Shown here piece after piece: positions 1 through 12,392 of a stretch of DNA of 64,000 nt (its first letter is position 1; each line of letters opens with the position of its first letter). Source of the DNA: Lytechinus pictus (Eukaryota); assembly GCF_037042905.1 (NCBI RefSeq), contig NC_087250.1:5644001-5708000 (forward strand), read 5' to 3'. The translations under genes were made by a program, and so were the position numbers. Below the pieces are notes generated by a model. The model saw only the letters and a program-made list of their open reading frames with translations. It had not been told where the DNA came from and did no database searches.

Positions 1-1840
1 AGAGTGATCACCAAAGTACATATTATTAAGATAAACGAGTGGAATACTGACTAAAAACATCATTGCCATTAATATACCATTTATGTGATAAATGCTGTAT
101 TTTGACATTCAAAATGGCCGCCATAGGCCATGTACAATGCGAATGGAGAAACTAATTTTCACAAGAGTGAGAATCATAAAATGCATATAACTGTGATATA
201 CGAGTAAAAATATTGTCTTAAACATGATTTCTAAATGAATACATCACATATTGGTCGTGGAGGTAATAAATGCTGTACTTTGAAATCCGAAATGGCTGCC
301 ATAGGTCCTAAAAGTATTGTGTACACTGTATTTTGTACATTGTAACATGGGACATATAATTTTGACAGAATTTGGCTTTGCTTGACTTTAAATATTGCAT
401 ATAATTGTGAATTGTGAATTGTGAAAGGGTGAAATATTGTCTAAAACCATGGTTTCTACCGAGATATATCATATCATGTGTAATTAAGTTGATAAATGCT
501 GCATTTTAAAATTGAAAATGGCCACCATAGGCCCTTATCGTATAATATACAATTTGAGTGGAGACAAATAATGTTCACAAAAAGGGCATATGGCAGTCAT
601 TTTGAATGTTGAAATACAGTATTTATCACCTAAATTACATAGGATATGATATCTTTTGTTATAAATCATGTTTTCAGACAATATTTCACTCATACATCAC
701 CATTTGGACAAGCAAAGCCAAATTCTGTTGAAATAATTTGTTTCCATTCACATTGTGCATAATACCATAAGGGCCTGTAGCGGCCATTTTGACTTTCCAA
801 TAACAGTATTTATCACCTAACTGACAGAATAAATGATATATCTTAATAGAAATTATGCTTTCAGACAATATTTTACTCATAGATCACTATTACATGCATT
901 TATGGTGCTCACTTCTGTGAATATTGGTTTCCCACTTTGCATTGTACATGATACTGTTAATGTCTATGGCGGCCATTTTGAAAGTCAAAATACAGTATTT
1001 AACACAAACTTGAAACCTGAATGTATATTTCGTTAGAAAATATGTTTTAGACAGTATCCCATTAATTTATCACATATATATGCATTTTAGTGCTCTCTCT
1101 TGTGATTTCTTTGCTCCTCTTTCTCATTGTGCATAATACGTTTAGGGCCTTTGGCAGCCATTTTGAAAAAATCAAAATAAAACATTCATCACATACATGG
1201 CATATTAATAATATATTTCTTTAACAATTATGTTTTTAGTCAGTATTCCACTCGTTTAATCTTAATAATATGCATTTTAGTGATCACTCTTGTGAATTTT
1301 TTGGCCCCCATTGCCATTGTACGCAATAATGTTTGGGCCAGTGGCGGCTATTTTAGATATCAAAATACAGAAATGTTCCCATATATGACATAATAAATGA
1401 TATATCTCGTTGGTAATGATAATTTGCATATATTACTTCGTTCATACATTGCGATTTTTTGCACTTTAGTGCTCATTTATGTGAAAATTAGTTTTCCCTA
1501 TTCATATTGTACATAATAGAGTATACAAGGGCCTTTGGCGGCCATTTTGAATATCAGGAAAATAAATATTTTGTCAAAAATTATTTTTTCAGAGAGTATT
1601 TCACTCCTGCCACACAATTTCATGCATTTCATAGCCAATGTGTGGACAATTTTATGATTTTCATGGGTAATTTGCATATTTTGGCGGCCATATTGGATTT
1701 TGCCAATTTGCGGAAAATGCTCAAGGTTACACGAGTGGCATCATCCAGATTCGTAATCAGCACCCTCGAATTGACAAAAAACCATCAAAAAATATTGTAT
1801 ATATAAAAAAACAAGGTTATGTCTCTTCTATCCTGGACTA
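1..1840. mobile_element. Foldback non-autonomous DNA transposon (Academ-like termini), cut by the window edge
   Basis: Homologous to 8295-11090; ends in ctatcctggacta. Confidence 0.85.
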
Positions 1841-2318
1841 TTAGTGGGAGAAGTAGGTTGAGGGAATAAGGGTAAACAGAGCATATACCCCCCCCCCCTC
1901 CCCTTCCTCTCTCCCGCCCTCCCCTCCTGTTGAAAGACTGATTGCTATTGTCATGTACGAGTCCAGAGCAGAATGCTGATTCAATGATAAATTCTGAATT
2001 TGGGCATCAACTTGTTCCTATGAATAATTTAATCAACAATCTATCAATAAATCAACTCATTCAATGTGCAATGTGATCAATCAAACATTCAGTTTTTTTC
2101 AGTAAATCAATTCATAGATCATCATAATCAGTCAATTTCTTGGTAATTAAGTTCTGAATAGGCTACAATCCACAAAGTGTGTGAGAGAGAGAGAGAGAGA
2201 GAAGGAGCCGGTTAAATTACATATGACTTTTAATTTGTAAAAGGACACAAAGAAGAGGAATGCCCTTTTAACCAAGTCTTAGCATATCTCTTGCTTGTAA
2301 CGGGTACCATCACATTAC

Positions 2319-2871
2319 CCCGGGGGGGGCCACTTACATTGACGAGTGGATACCATGCGCGACCAAAAAAACACGTAAAAGGGATGTCCTTTTCACGATA
2401 GGGCACGTTACGTACGTAACGTGATAAGGGTGTCAAAAACACAAAAATAATGAAAAAAGGGTGTCTATTTCGCCAGGAAAATTACGTGTTTAGGGTCGAA
2501 TTTGCGGGAATGATAAAACAAAATTAAAATGTTTTATAAAGGATGTCCATTTTGCCCCAACACTTCGTGTTTAGAGTCCGATTTGCGCGAGGTGTAGAAG
2601 GTGGGGTCGTACCTAAACCAAATAAGGTAAAGCCGACGACCGAAGGACCCGTAACAATAAAACATTCCTGTACTTGTTTAGGGGTTCATTTCAGGGAATA
2701 TTTGCCAAGAGTGTCGTTTTGTTTCCAATACTTGTTAAGGGTATGGTTTCACACGCCAATACTTGTTAAGGGGTGCATTTTCAGAATATGGAAATTACGT
2801 GTTTAGGGTGCTTTTCGAGACCCCATGGTCGCGCATGGTATCCATTCGTGAATGGAAGTGGCCCCCCCGGG
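2319..2871. mobile_element. MITE with 8-bp TSD (hAT/P-type)
   Basis: TIR cccggggggg(g)ccactt…, TSD cacattac; second copy at 56452-57015. Confidence 0.9.
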
Positions 2872-3922
2872 CACATTACTCTGACTCTCACGAACACATT
2901 GCTGACATCCACAAGATAAATATGCTACGCTTAGATTCTTGTTCACTCATGCATTAAATTTCAGTTTAGTAACTTATGAAGTTTGCCTAAGAAACCATAT
3001 CTTATCTCACTCATTAAGAAAATAAGATATACATGTACCTAATCGATTATATATTTGCTCCTCTGTGAACAGGCTTTTCTTATTCTCCATTCTTTCTATT
3101 CTTCCTAAGCGAATAGAGACATGATTATATCATCGTTATATGCGCTTTAAAGCAATGTTTTATTACCATTTTTTTTAATTTAGCATAACATCCTTAGCTT
3201 TGCAAGTTCCAAAGGAGTTACCTCTCAAAAAATTGTAAGGCTAATTCCTACACAGTCTAGCCAAGCTCAGTCTCTCAGGACGAGAAAAGTGGGGGGGGGG
3301 TAGAGATGGAGGGAGGTGTTGCTAAATGTTCTGTTGACCTTTATCCCATCAACGTACTTCACTTACTATCTTACCCCCTATTCTCCTGACTCTCATGAAC
3401 ACATTGTTGAGATCCACATGATGAAGTCAAAATGCTGCACTAAAAAAGACAATTCGTGACCACTCATGCATTAAATTTCAATTTAATAACTCATGGAATT
3501 TTCTCAAACAACAAACTGATCACAATTCATCATTAATTCATCACAAAACCCCCGACTTTGCAAGTTACAAACATAAAAGAACCTGAAAGATATTGGAAGG
3601 CTAATTCTGGCCCAGCCTAATTTATTATACCCTTTGTTTCAGCGGGCAGTGCTCCTCAAGCATGTAGTTTTTCAACGTTTTGGTTCATTTGAAAGTTGAC
3701 TTTATTGGCTTTTATAATTCTTTCCCCCCAAAGTTTTTTTTTTTTTTTTTGGCAGCCATTTCAAAAGTGTATAGTGTTTTGGGGACGCACTGTATATGAA
3801 TTCACTTACGCTTCTTTAGCGATGGCAGAATGATTATTTGCTCATCCAAAACACTTGTCGTAAATTACGTGCTTCCATGAGTATTATTCACATGGTTTAT
3901 GTTTTTTATGTTATGTCTTTGT

Positions 3923-4785
3923 GGAGCGTTGTGGCCAGTGGATTAGTCTCCGGACTTTGAAACAGAAGGCCGTGGGTTCAAATCCCAACCATGGCGTAAT
4001 TTCCTTCGGCAAGAAACTGATCCACAATGTGCTGCACTCAACCAAGGTGAGGTAAAGGAATTTATTCCTTAAAACGCAGCGCGCGTAACAGCTGCACTGC
4101 TAAAGCCAGGGTAATTTTGCTGCATATACTGTAGAGCGCTTAGAGACTTCTGACAAAGTAAGTATTAAAGTGATCATTTCACTTTGTTCTGATTTAAAAA
4201 ATTCTCATTTTGGTTCTTGAAAATGGGCTAAACATTAGGCTTATAGTGTAAAAATACCATCCCAAAAGTTTCAAAGTATTATTTCCACAGGATCAATTTT
4301 AAAACCTTAAAGATGTAAACCAAAGTTTGAAAATAATTGGGAGTTGGTTTCAATGACTATGTGTATACAGTGAACCTGTGCACCACAACACAAAAACTAG
4401 ATTAACACAGCATGGCCTACATACAGTGTGTACAAGGTATACACTGAATGTACAGTGCAGCTAATAGTGTGTGTGTGTGTGTGTGTAAATAGGAGATACA
4501 CACTACAGAATGCAGTCAAAATAGCAAACGGACTTTTTGAATTGGAGTAAACTGGTCATAAGCTTAACCTGTCTACTAGACGGTTCTCAAAATCAAGCTA
4601 ATAAATTGCTACTTGTATCTAAATTAGAGTTTTTCATTCTATATTGTGGTCTGTTTCAGGGTTTTTGAGGACAAATACATGCACTCATACACATGTTTCG
4701 TCTCAGTTTGAGAATTTTTAAAATCAGCTGCTCACAAAGTTAAACGATCCCTTTAAGCGCTATATAAGCAAGTATAATTATTATT
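3923..4785 (+). mobile_element. tRNA-derived SINE (CORE-like middle), interrupted by a TTAA MITE
   Basis: A box tggccagtgg, B box ggttcaaatccc; homologous to 14501-14780; tail gcgctatataa resumes after 4756. Confidence 0.8.
4169..4752. mobile_element. TTAA-TSD MITE (Kolobok-like)
   Basis: ttaa|agtgatcatttcactttg … caaagttaaacgatccct|ttaa. Confidence 0.75.
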
Positions 4786-4846
4786 TTTCCTTATATTTTT
4801 ATAGGTTTTCTCTTTTACCTAAATATTAAACTGTATTTATACTCAC

Positions 4847-5070
4847 CATCCATATTCTTTGTATATAGTCCAACGCTTTCCAGGTGTGTTCTGATCCGTT
4901 CAATAGATTTTAGATCTTGAGTATATGCATAGAGATGCTTTATGTCCGAATTCTCTAAGAACTCAAATGCCACATTTGTTGGTACCCCAAGCTTAACCAA
5001 ATCGTTAATCAGTTTCGAAGATTTTAGTATTTCATTCGTTGCGGTATTTTGTGAATCAATGTTCCCGAAA
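4847..5070 (-). CDS. Candidate coding exon of an unknown minus-strand gene
   Basis: Acceptor ttttttttcag, donor G|gtgagt, stop-free protein-like frame (FGNIDSQ…LVKLGVPTNVAFEFLENSDIKHLYAY…LESVGLYTKNMD) in non-repeat DNA. Confidence 0.55.
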
Positions 5071-5845
5071 CTGAAAAAAAATAGAAGTAAATAAAAATCA
5101 CCAAGCAATTTCCAAAATATTTGTGTTATATACTTATCTTCCTGCATTACAAATTGGACTTCGATTCATTGTTGATGTGATGGTGTTAAGTGTCCATTGA
5201 TATTTGAAAAAAAAGTGAAAGCGATTGTAATGTCTTATTTTTCAATTACTCCCCGACCCCATACACCCTTTTCAACACACACACACACATCCACTCGCAC
5301 ACCCACACGCACCCTCACACACACACACACACCCAGACGCGTAAGCTTACACAAAACAAAACAAAAAAATCTAAAAATGTGATTGAGTGTTTTTTTTGGA
5401 CCAAAATTGACTGATACGACGGTTCGGATGAACGCGGCCGAATTATCTGTTTTTCACATCAAACTGATTTGTAATATAAAACTCATATATTGTGTACTAC
5501 CTTGTATTAATGAATTAAATTAAGTATGAAAAAATAACAAATATATAAATAAATGTCTTAACAATATAAGATGATGTAGCGGTATCGAGAATCTTGTTTT
5601 GAACGTCTTGCCATAAAATTATCAGCATGCACTGGCTAAGTCGTGTGCCAGCCCCTTGAGTGAAAATCGAGGATAAGATGTTTTAAGTTGATGATATTGT
5701 ATGCATGTATGGTGCTTTCATACAAGAATTGTAAAAAAGGTATCCTCACTTCAGTTATTAATTATCTACTCATATATTTTTTTAGGAATATGTATTGCTT
5801 ATTTCTGATGAATAAAATGTCTCATATGTATATATATATATATAT

Positions 5846-6058
5846 ATTGTGAAAGAAATGGATGAAGAGAACAATGGTAGGCGTAGCTTACATCAAGGTT
5901 CCCCAGAGCTATCTACCCTTTGGAAAAATTGGTGATGCCAATGATCCCGGCAGAGACATTTTTTCGGCATCACCAATTTTTCCAAAGGGTAGATAGCTCT
6001 GGGGAACCTTGATTTAAGCTACGCCTACCATTGTTCTCTTCATCCATTTCTTTCACAA
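5846..6058. repeat. Near-perfect hairpin, about 93-bp arms with a roughly 25-bp loop
   Basis: tgtgaaagaaatggatgaagag…gatgcc / ggcatc…ctcttcatccatttctttcaca; one internal mismatch seen. Confidence 0.9.
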
Positions 6059-6139
6059 AATATTTAATTAAAAGAGTTGCCAAAGCTGTTGTACATGTAT
6101 AACTTCACACATTTATATATATATATATATATATATATA

Positions 6140-7123
6140 CAGTGCGTATCAAAAAAAAGTTTACACTTAGAAAAAATCCTGTCAAATTTTACATTTGTAA
6201 TATCCTGAAGATTTTTCCACATTTTAACATTGGTACAAATCCATTTAAGCAAATGACGATATAACTGTCGAAAAACATTTCCGCTTGAGTCAGCACCACT
6301 TACTTTTGAAAAGTTAGTGAAAAATGATTTGCGCAGAACTTTGAAATAGTTATGCGAATAAAAGTAGACCTTATCATGAAGAACACGTGGAATTTAGCTA
6401 GTAAAATTGATTTGAAGATATCTTTAACCTTTCTAAATTTGTTTCCTTGCCCAAAACACTTCGAAGAATGCATTGCGCCCCACCCCACTCCCTCTAACAC
6501 CGAGGACATCGTGACGATATTTGCTTTACACTGAGCTGTGATTTACATGAAATGGCTTAGGCTTGATTTTCATTTTGTTAATCATTGTCAAGCTTGGAAA
6601 AAGTGTGGAGAAACATTTATTAAATGAAAAACGAAATGTAAACCCACTTTACATGATAAAAACTTTGTGAAAAAATGCTGGAAATGTCTGATATAAACTT
6701 TTTTTCAGATTCAGTTATGTCCTCAGATCCAGCTGGCACTTAAAGGGTAAAGGTTGTGCTGACTAAGTGTTGAAATTTCAATTTGGGTGGCAAAATTGTA
6801 ACAAAATGCTTGAATGTATCCGTTTTATTTCAATTGACTAAAAGTGCAAGGGAAATGTATGAGAAATGTTTCGCAGGGTAAGTTTGATTTCGCCCTTTTC
6901 CCTTGACACAGCGTGAAAACAAGCATTTCTGCGCAAACAGATTTCTGCGAGCATTACAAAAATGGACAGTGCTCACTCAAGTGTAATATTCTGTCAAAAC
7001 TTTTACTCTCATTGGATAGATGAGACCCAAACCCAAGAATATATGTGAAAGATTACCCACATGTTGTATATTTTTTTAATTCACAGGGCTTTTTCAAAGT
7101 GTAAACTTTTTTGAAACGCACTG
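6140..7123. mobile_element. Tc1/mariner-type MITE
   Basis: TA|cagtgcgtatcaaaaaaaagtttacac … gtgtaaactttttgaaacgcactg|TA. Confidence 0.88.
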
Positions 7124-7286
7124 TATATGTATATCTCAACGTTTATTAATAATGACAAAGAAAGAAAAAAATTATATACATGTAATATATATGTATACTA
7201 TGTATAATGAAAAATTTAATAATATTATAAGTAACGCCCCTAACTTTTATGGACTTACATGTACATGTATAATATTGAATACTTAC

Positions 7287-7300
7287 TCCTGTCTAGACAT
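7287..7300 (-). CDS. Candidate start-codon exon (exon 7341-7287, encoding MSRQ-D) of the same unknown gene
   Basis: Acceptor tttacag, donor GA|gtaagt; phase 2 matches the phase of exon 5070-4847. Confidence 0.4.
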
Positions 7301-7440
7301 TTCGGCTGATGACGATCATGTAACAGACTTCCATAAATGATCTGTAAATGGATGAAAAGGTTGCAAAAATATATTCCGTTACAAGAACATTTTTGTTTTG
7401 TTGTTCTAATATTTTGAAGAGGTCTACCGGGTGTAGATTG

Positions 7441-7980
7441 CGCATACATTCGTAATTCCGAAGCTTCGTTATTCCGAAGGTTCGTATTTCCGAAGGTTCG
7501 TAATTCCGAAGGTTCGTTAGTCCAAAAACGAAATGAGGTTCGTAATTCCGAAGTTCGTTAGTCCGAAATCGAAGTGAGTTTCGTAATTCCGAAGGTGCGT
7601 TAATCCGAAAACGAAATGAGGTTCGTAATTCCGAAGGTTCGTTAGTCTGAAAACTAAATGATTAACGAGCCTTATTTCGTTTTCGGACTAACGAACCTTC
7701 GGAACAACGAACCTTATTTCGTTTTCGGATTAATGAACCTTCGGAACAACGAACCTTATTTCGTTTTCGGAATAACGAACCTTCGGAACATCGAAACTTA
7801 TTTCGCTTTCTGGTTATCGAACATTCGGAATAACGCCACAAATGTTCGGATTAACGAACCCTTTTACATTTTCGGATTAACGAACATCGAGGTATAGGCA
7901 ATTTACGTGTTTCGGGATTATGAACCTTCGGAATAAAGAACCTTCGGAATTAGGAACCTCCGGAATTACGAAGTGTAACC
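7441..7980. mobile_element. Foldback element made of about 16-bp tandem units (ttcgtaattccgaagg)
   Basis: Inverted arrays of units; flanking direct repeat gtagattg; second copy at 40448-40897. Confidence 0.9.
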
Positions 7981-8151
7981 GTAGATTGATGGTTTCAAAA
8001 GGGGGTGGGGGTCTCAAATAAAAAATGATGTAACTAGATTGTTCTGCCGTATACCTGACATAACGCGCTGTGAGCGGGGGGGGGGGGCATCCAAGTTTAT
8101 CTAACACAAACTGCAAATACAATAATGTGTGTATATTGTACACTTCAACTA

Positions 8152-11100
8152 ATCGCAGATGTGGTTTACGGTACACCATGTGGAGTGCTATAGAAACAGT
8201 GGATAGAAGAAGAAAAGAAATGGATAAGCGAGAAAGTGGAAATTAGAGAGTAATCTTTCTTGAATGTAGTCCTGAAAAGGACTGTAAACCAAAATAGTCC
8301 AGGATAGGCCCCATAGAAAAGTGACCAAACCTTGTTTTTCATATATACAATATTTTTTTGATGGTTTCTTGTCAATTCGAGGGTGCTGATTACGAATCTG
8401 AATGATGCCACTCGTGTAACCTTGAGCATTTCCCGCAAATTGGCAAAATCCAATATGGCCGCCAAAATATGCAAATTTATGAAAATCATAAAATTGCCCA
8501 CATAATGGTTATAAAATGTATGCATTTGTGTTGCAGGAGTGAGATACTCTCTGAAAAAAAAGATTTTTTACAAAAAAATAGTTTCTAGATATTCAAAATG
8601 GCCGCCATAGACCCCTGTATTCTATACTATGTACAATATGAATGGGAAAAACTAAATTTCACAAAAGTGAGCACCAAATGCAAGTAATTGTGATTTTTAG
8701 TGAAATAATGGATGAAAACATGATTGCTAACGAAATTTATCATTTGTTATGTCATGTATGGAATAAATGAAGCATTTTTATATTCAAAAAGCCACCAAAT
8801 GCCCAGACAGTATTATGTACAATGTTAATGGGGACAAAAGAAAATCACAAGAGTGAGTATATACTAAAATGCTTATTACTAGTATTAAGATAAGCAAGTG
8901 GAATACTGGCTGAAAACATAATTTTTAACGAAATATAAATGTAATTTAAGTGATAAATGCTGCATTTTGACATTCAAAATGGCCGCCATAGGCCATTATA
9001 CATTGTGTACAATGCGATTGGAGAAATTGATTTTCACAAGAGTAAGAACTATGAAATGCATGTAATTGTGATCACCGAGTAAAATAATGTCTGAAAACAT
9101 ATTTTCTAGTGAAACATATCATATTTTTGTCATGCATGAGATAAATGCTGTATTGTGAAATTCAAAATGGCCCCTATAGGTCCTAACAGTATTATCTAAA
9201 ATGTGAATGGGGACATGTAATTTTGTAAGAATTTGGATTTACTTGCCTATTAAATCCATATAATGCTGTTGTATGATAAAAATTTATTCGAAAACATGAT
9301 TTTTTGAAATATGGCGATTTGTAGCTTCTGCCATGTAAGTGATAAATACTGTATTTTGGCATTCAAATTAGCTGATACAAGCCCTAACTAGATTATGCTA
9401 CATGCGTGTAGGGAATCTACTTTTTACAAGAGTGAGAATCATATAATGCATGTTACTGTGATGTATGAGAAAAAATATTTTCTTAAACATGATTTCTGAA
9501 TAAATACATCACATGTTGGTCATGGAGGTAATAAATGCTGTACTTTAAAATACAAAATGACTGCCATAGGTCCTAAAAGTATTATGTACATTGTAATTTA
9601 CGACATATAATTTTGACAGAATTTGGCTTTGCTTGACTATAAGTATTGCCTATATTTGTGATGTAAGAGTGAAATATTGTCTAAACCCATGGTTCCTAGC
9701 GAAGTATATCATATCTGGTGCATTTAAGGTGATAAATGCTGCATTCTGAAATGGAAAATGGCCGCCATGGGCCCTTATTGTATTATGTAGAATTTGAATG
9801 AGGACAGATAATTTTCACAAAAGGGCATATGGCGGCCATTTTGAATTTTGAAATATAACATTTATCACCTAAATTTTAGATGATATGATATATTTCGTTA
9901 GTAATCATGTTTTCATACAATATTTCACTCATACAACACCATTTAGTCAAGCAAAGCCAAACTCTGTTAAAACCATTTGTCCCCATTCACATTGTACATA
10001 ATACTGTTGGGGACTGTAGCGGCCATTTTGACTTTCAAAATACAGTATTTATCACCTACCTGGCAGGAGATCTAATATATCTTGTTAGAAATTATGCTTT
10101 CAGACAATATTTTAATCATAGATCTCAATTACGTACATTTATGGTGCTCACTCGTGTGAAAATTTATTTCCTAATTCGCATTGTACATAATACAATCAAT
10201 GTCTATGGCGGCCATTTTGAAAGTCAAAATACAGTATTAAACACAAACTTTAAACCTGAATGATATATTTTGTTAAAATTGTGTTTTTTGGACAGTATCC
10301 CATTTATTCACCACTAACTGACTAATAAATGCATTTCAGTGCTCACTCTTGTGATTTCTTTGGTCCTCTTTCCCATTGTATATATAATACTGTAAGGGCC
10401 TTTGGCGGCCATTTTGAATATCCAAATGCAGCATTTATCACATACATGGCATATTAAATACTATATTTCGTTAGCAATTGTGTTTTTAGTCAGTATTCCA
10501 CTCGTTTCTCTTAATAATATGCATTTAAGTGCTCACTCTTGCGATTTTTGTTGGTCCCTTTGCCATAGAAAATAATAGTATTTGGGCCAGTGGCAGCTAT
10601 TTTGAATATTAAATACAACAATTTTCCCATACATGACATAATAAATGATATATCATGTAAGCATTGATGCTTTTCATATATTACTTCGTCCATAGATCAC
10701 AATTACTTGCAGTTTAGTAATCATTTTTGTGAAAAATTAATTTTCCCTATTCATATTGTACATAATAGGGTATACAGAGGTCTGTGGCGGCCATTATTTG
10801 AATATCAAGAAATAAATATTTTGTCAAAAATTGTTTTTTTCAAAGGGTATTTCGCTCTTGCAACACAACAACATACATTTTATAGCCAATTTGTTGGCAA
10901 ATTTATGATTTTCATGGGTAATATGCATATTTTGGCGGCCATATTGGATTTTGCCAATTTGCGGGAAATGCTCAAGGTTACACGAGTGGCATCATCCAGA
11001 TTCGTAATCAGCACCCTCGAATTGACAAGAAACCATAAAAAATATGGTATATATGAAAAAACAAGGTTATGCCTCTTCTATCCTGGACTAGAAGATATTG

Positions 11101-11402
11101 ATGAATTGAAAACAGCTTGAGTAGTAGGATGGATGAGGAGATGCTGGCTTGAGTCGGCGAGTAGAGATGATGAGTAGAAGCATCCTACTACTCAAGCTGT
11201 TTTCAACTCACCAATCTCTTCTGGTTTACAGTCCTTTTCAGGACTACTTTCAAGAAAGATTACTCTCTAATTTCCACTTTCCACTTTGCCTATCCATTTC
11301 TTTTCTTCTTCTATCCACTGTTTCTATAACACTCCACATGGTGTACCGTAAACCACATCTGCGGTTGCACATGCCACCATGCAAACCTTCAAACAACATC
11401 TG
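8152..11402 (+). mobile_element. Short fold-back insertion (PLE-remnant-like architecture), split by the 2.8-kb element
   Basis: Arm 8152-8294 plus 11091-11132 is inverted to about 11181-11366; unpaired tail 11367-11402; TSD acactt(c/a)aacta at 8140-8151 and 11403-11414. Confidence 0.55.
8295..11090. mobile_element. 2.8-kb foldback element built of about 190-bp subrepeats (Academ-like)
   Basis: Termini tagtccaggatag / ctatcctggacta; arms inverted about a centre near 9820; recurring aaaatggccgccat; probable 3-bp TSD (aaa/gaa). Confidence 0.85.
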
Positions 11403-11546
11403 ACACTTAAACTAGTTGGCAAAAAATCCCAACTTTTAACCAACCCTGGGCAACATACTGTCCACACAGCTATTGGTTAAAATCTGCCCAATTTCGGTAA
11501 TAAATTTGTACAATTGGATAATAACTGCCCAGAATATACATATATA

Positions 11547-12354
11547 TAAAAAACGAAACCGGGATTTATCGATGATTTATCATAACTTAATCACAAATAC
11601 AATAGACAAATGACCAACCACTCTAAAGCTTAGAACCTCCTCTTTCATCTGAAATTACTTAGATTATTTCTCATTCACGCATGAGTGAGCAAAAACAATT
11701 TGAAGAGGGGATACTAAAAAGTCATTTGGCGGGCTGTATCTGGGTTTCAAAACGAAAACCACATTTTGAAAAAGTTCAATATCAGCTCTTTAATTTGATA
11801 CCTCAATTACATAAAATTGTAAAGAAATAACAAAGTTCTGGTTATTTGAAATAAGGATTGAATTTAAATGATTTCATAAAATGATGAAGTTTTACAGGCT
11901 ACGTTCAAAATCACTCGACCCTCCGTTTTGTTGACGATCAGCCATACATTAAGTCTTTTGTTAACCGTGCGATAGCTTCTGTGGGAAACCGGTGAAAACA
12001 CGTTTATTTAATGAAATTAAGGAAATACAAGCATTTTTTCGAGGGAACATAACTTTTTTTTACTTCTGGACCATTTTTTGTGATTAAGGTATCAAATAAA
12101 AGAGCAGATATTGAACTTTTTAGGCATGTGATTTTCCTTTTGAAATTCAGATACCCCCGCCAAATGAGTTTTTGGTATCCTTTCTTCAAATTGTTTTTGC
12201 TTACTCATGCGTGAATGAGGAATAATCTAAGTAATATCAGATGAAAGAATAGATTCTAAGCTTAACATTAATAGGTCATTTGTCTATTGTATTTATGATT
12301 AAGTTATGATAAATCATCGCTAAATCTCGGTTTCATTTTTTGTGGGACGCACTG
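11547..12354. mobile_element. Tc1/mariner-type MITE with long TIRs; left tip lost
   Basis: Several hundred bp of inverted arms; right end gggacgcactg|TA. Confidence 0.8.
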
Positions 12355-12392
12355 TATATATATACATATATATAGATATATATATATATATA

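Noticed and set aside
1960..3860. Possible further exons of the minus-strand gene (about 3809-3853 and 1960-2017)
   Set aside because: In phase with the best donor they hit immediate stops; cannot be supported without transcript data
7441..7980. Regularly repeated short units suggesting a CRISPR array
   Set aside because: No unique spacers, inverted arrangement, TSD present, eukaryotic context
1507..11120. Recurring ORFs with LHILAAILDFANLR (1507, 8166, 10707)
   Set aside because: Chance frames in the TIRs of the foldback element, not conserved in length or start
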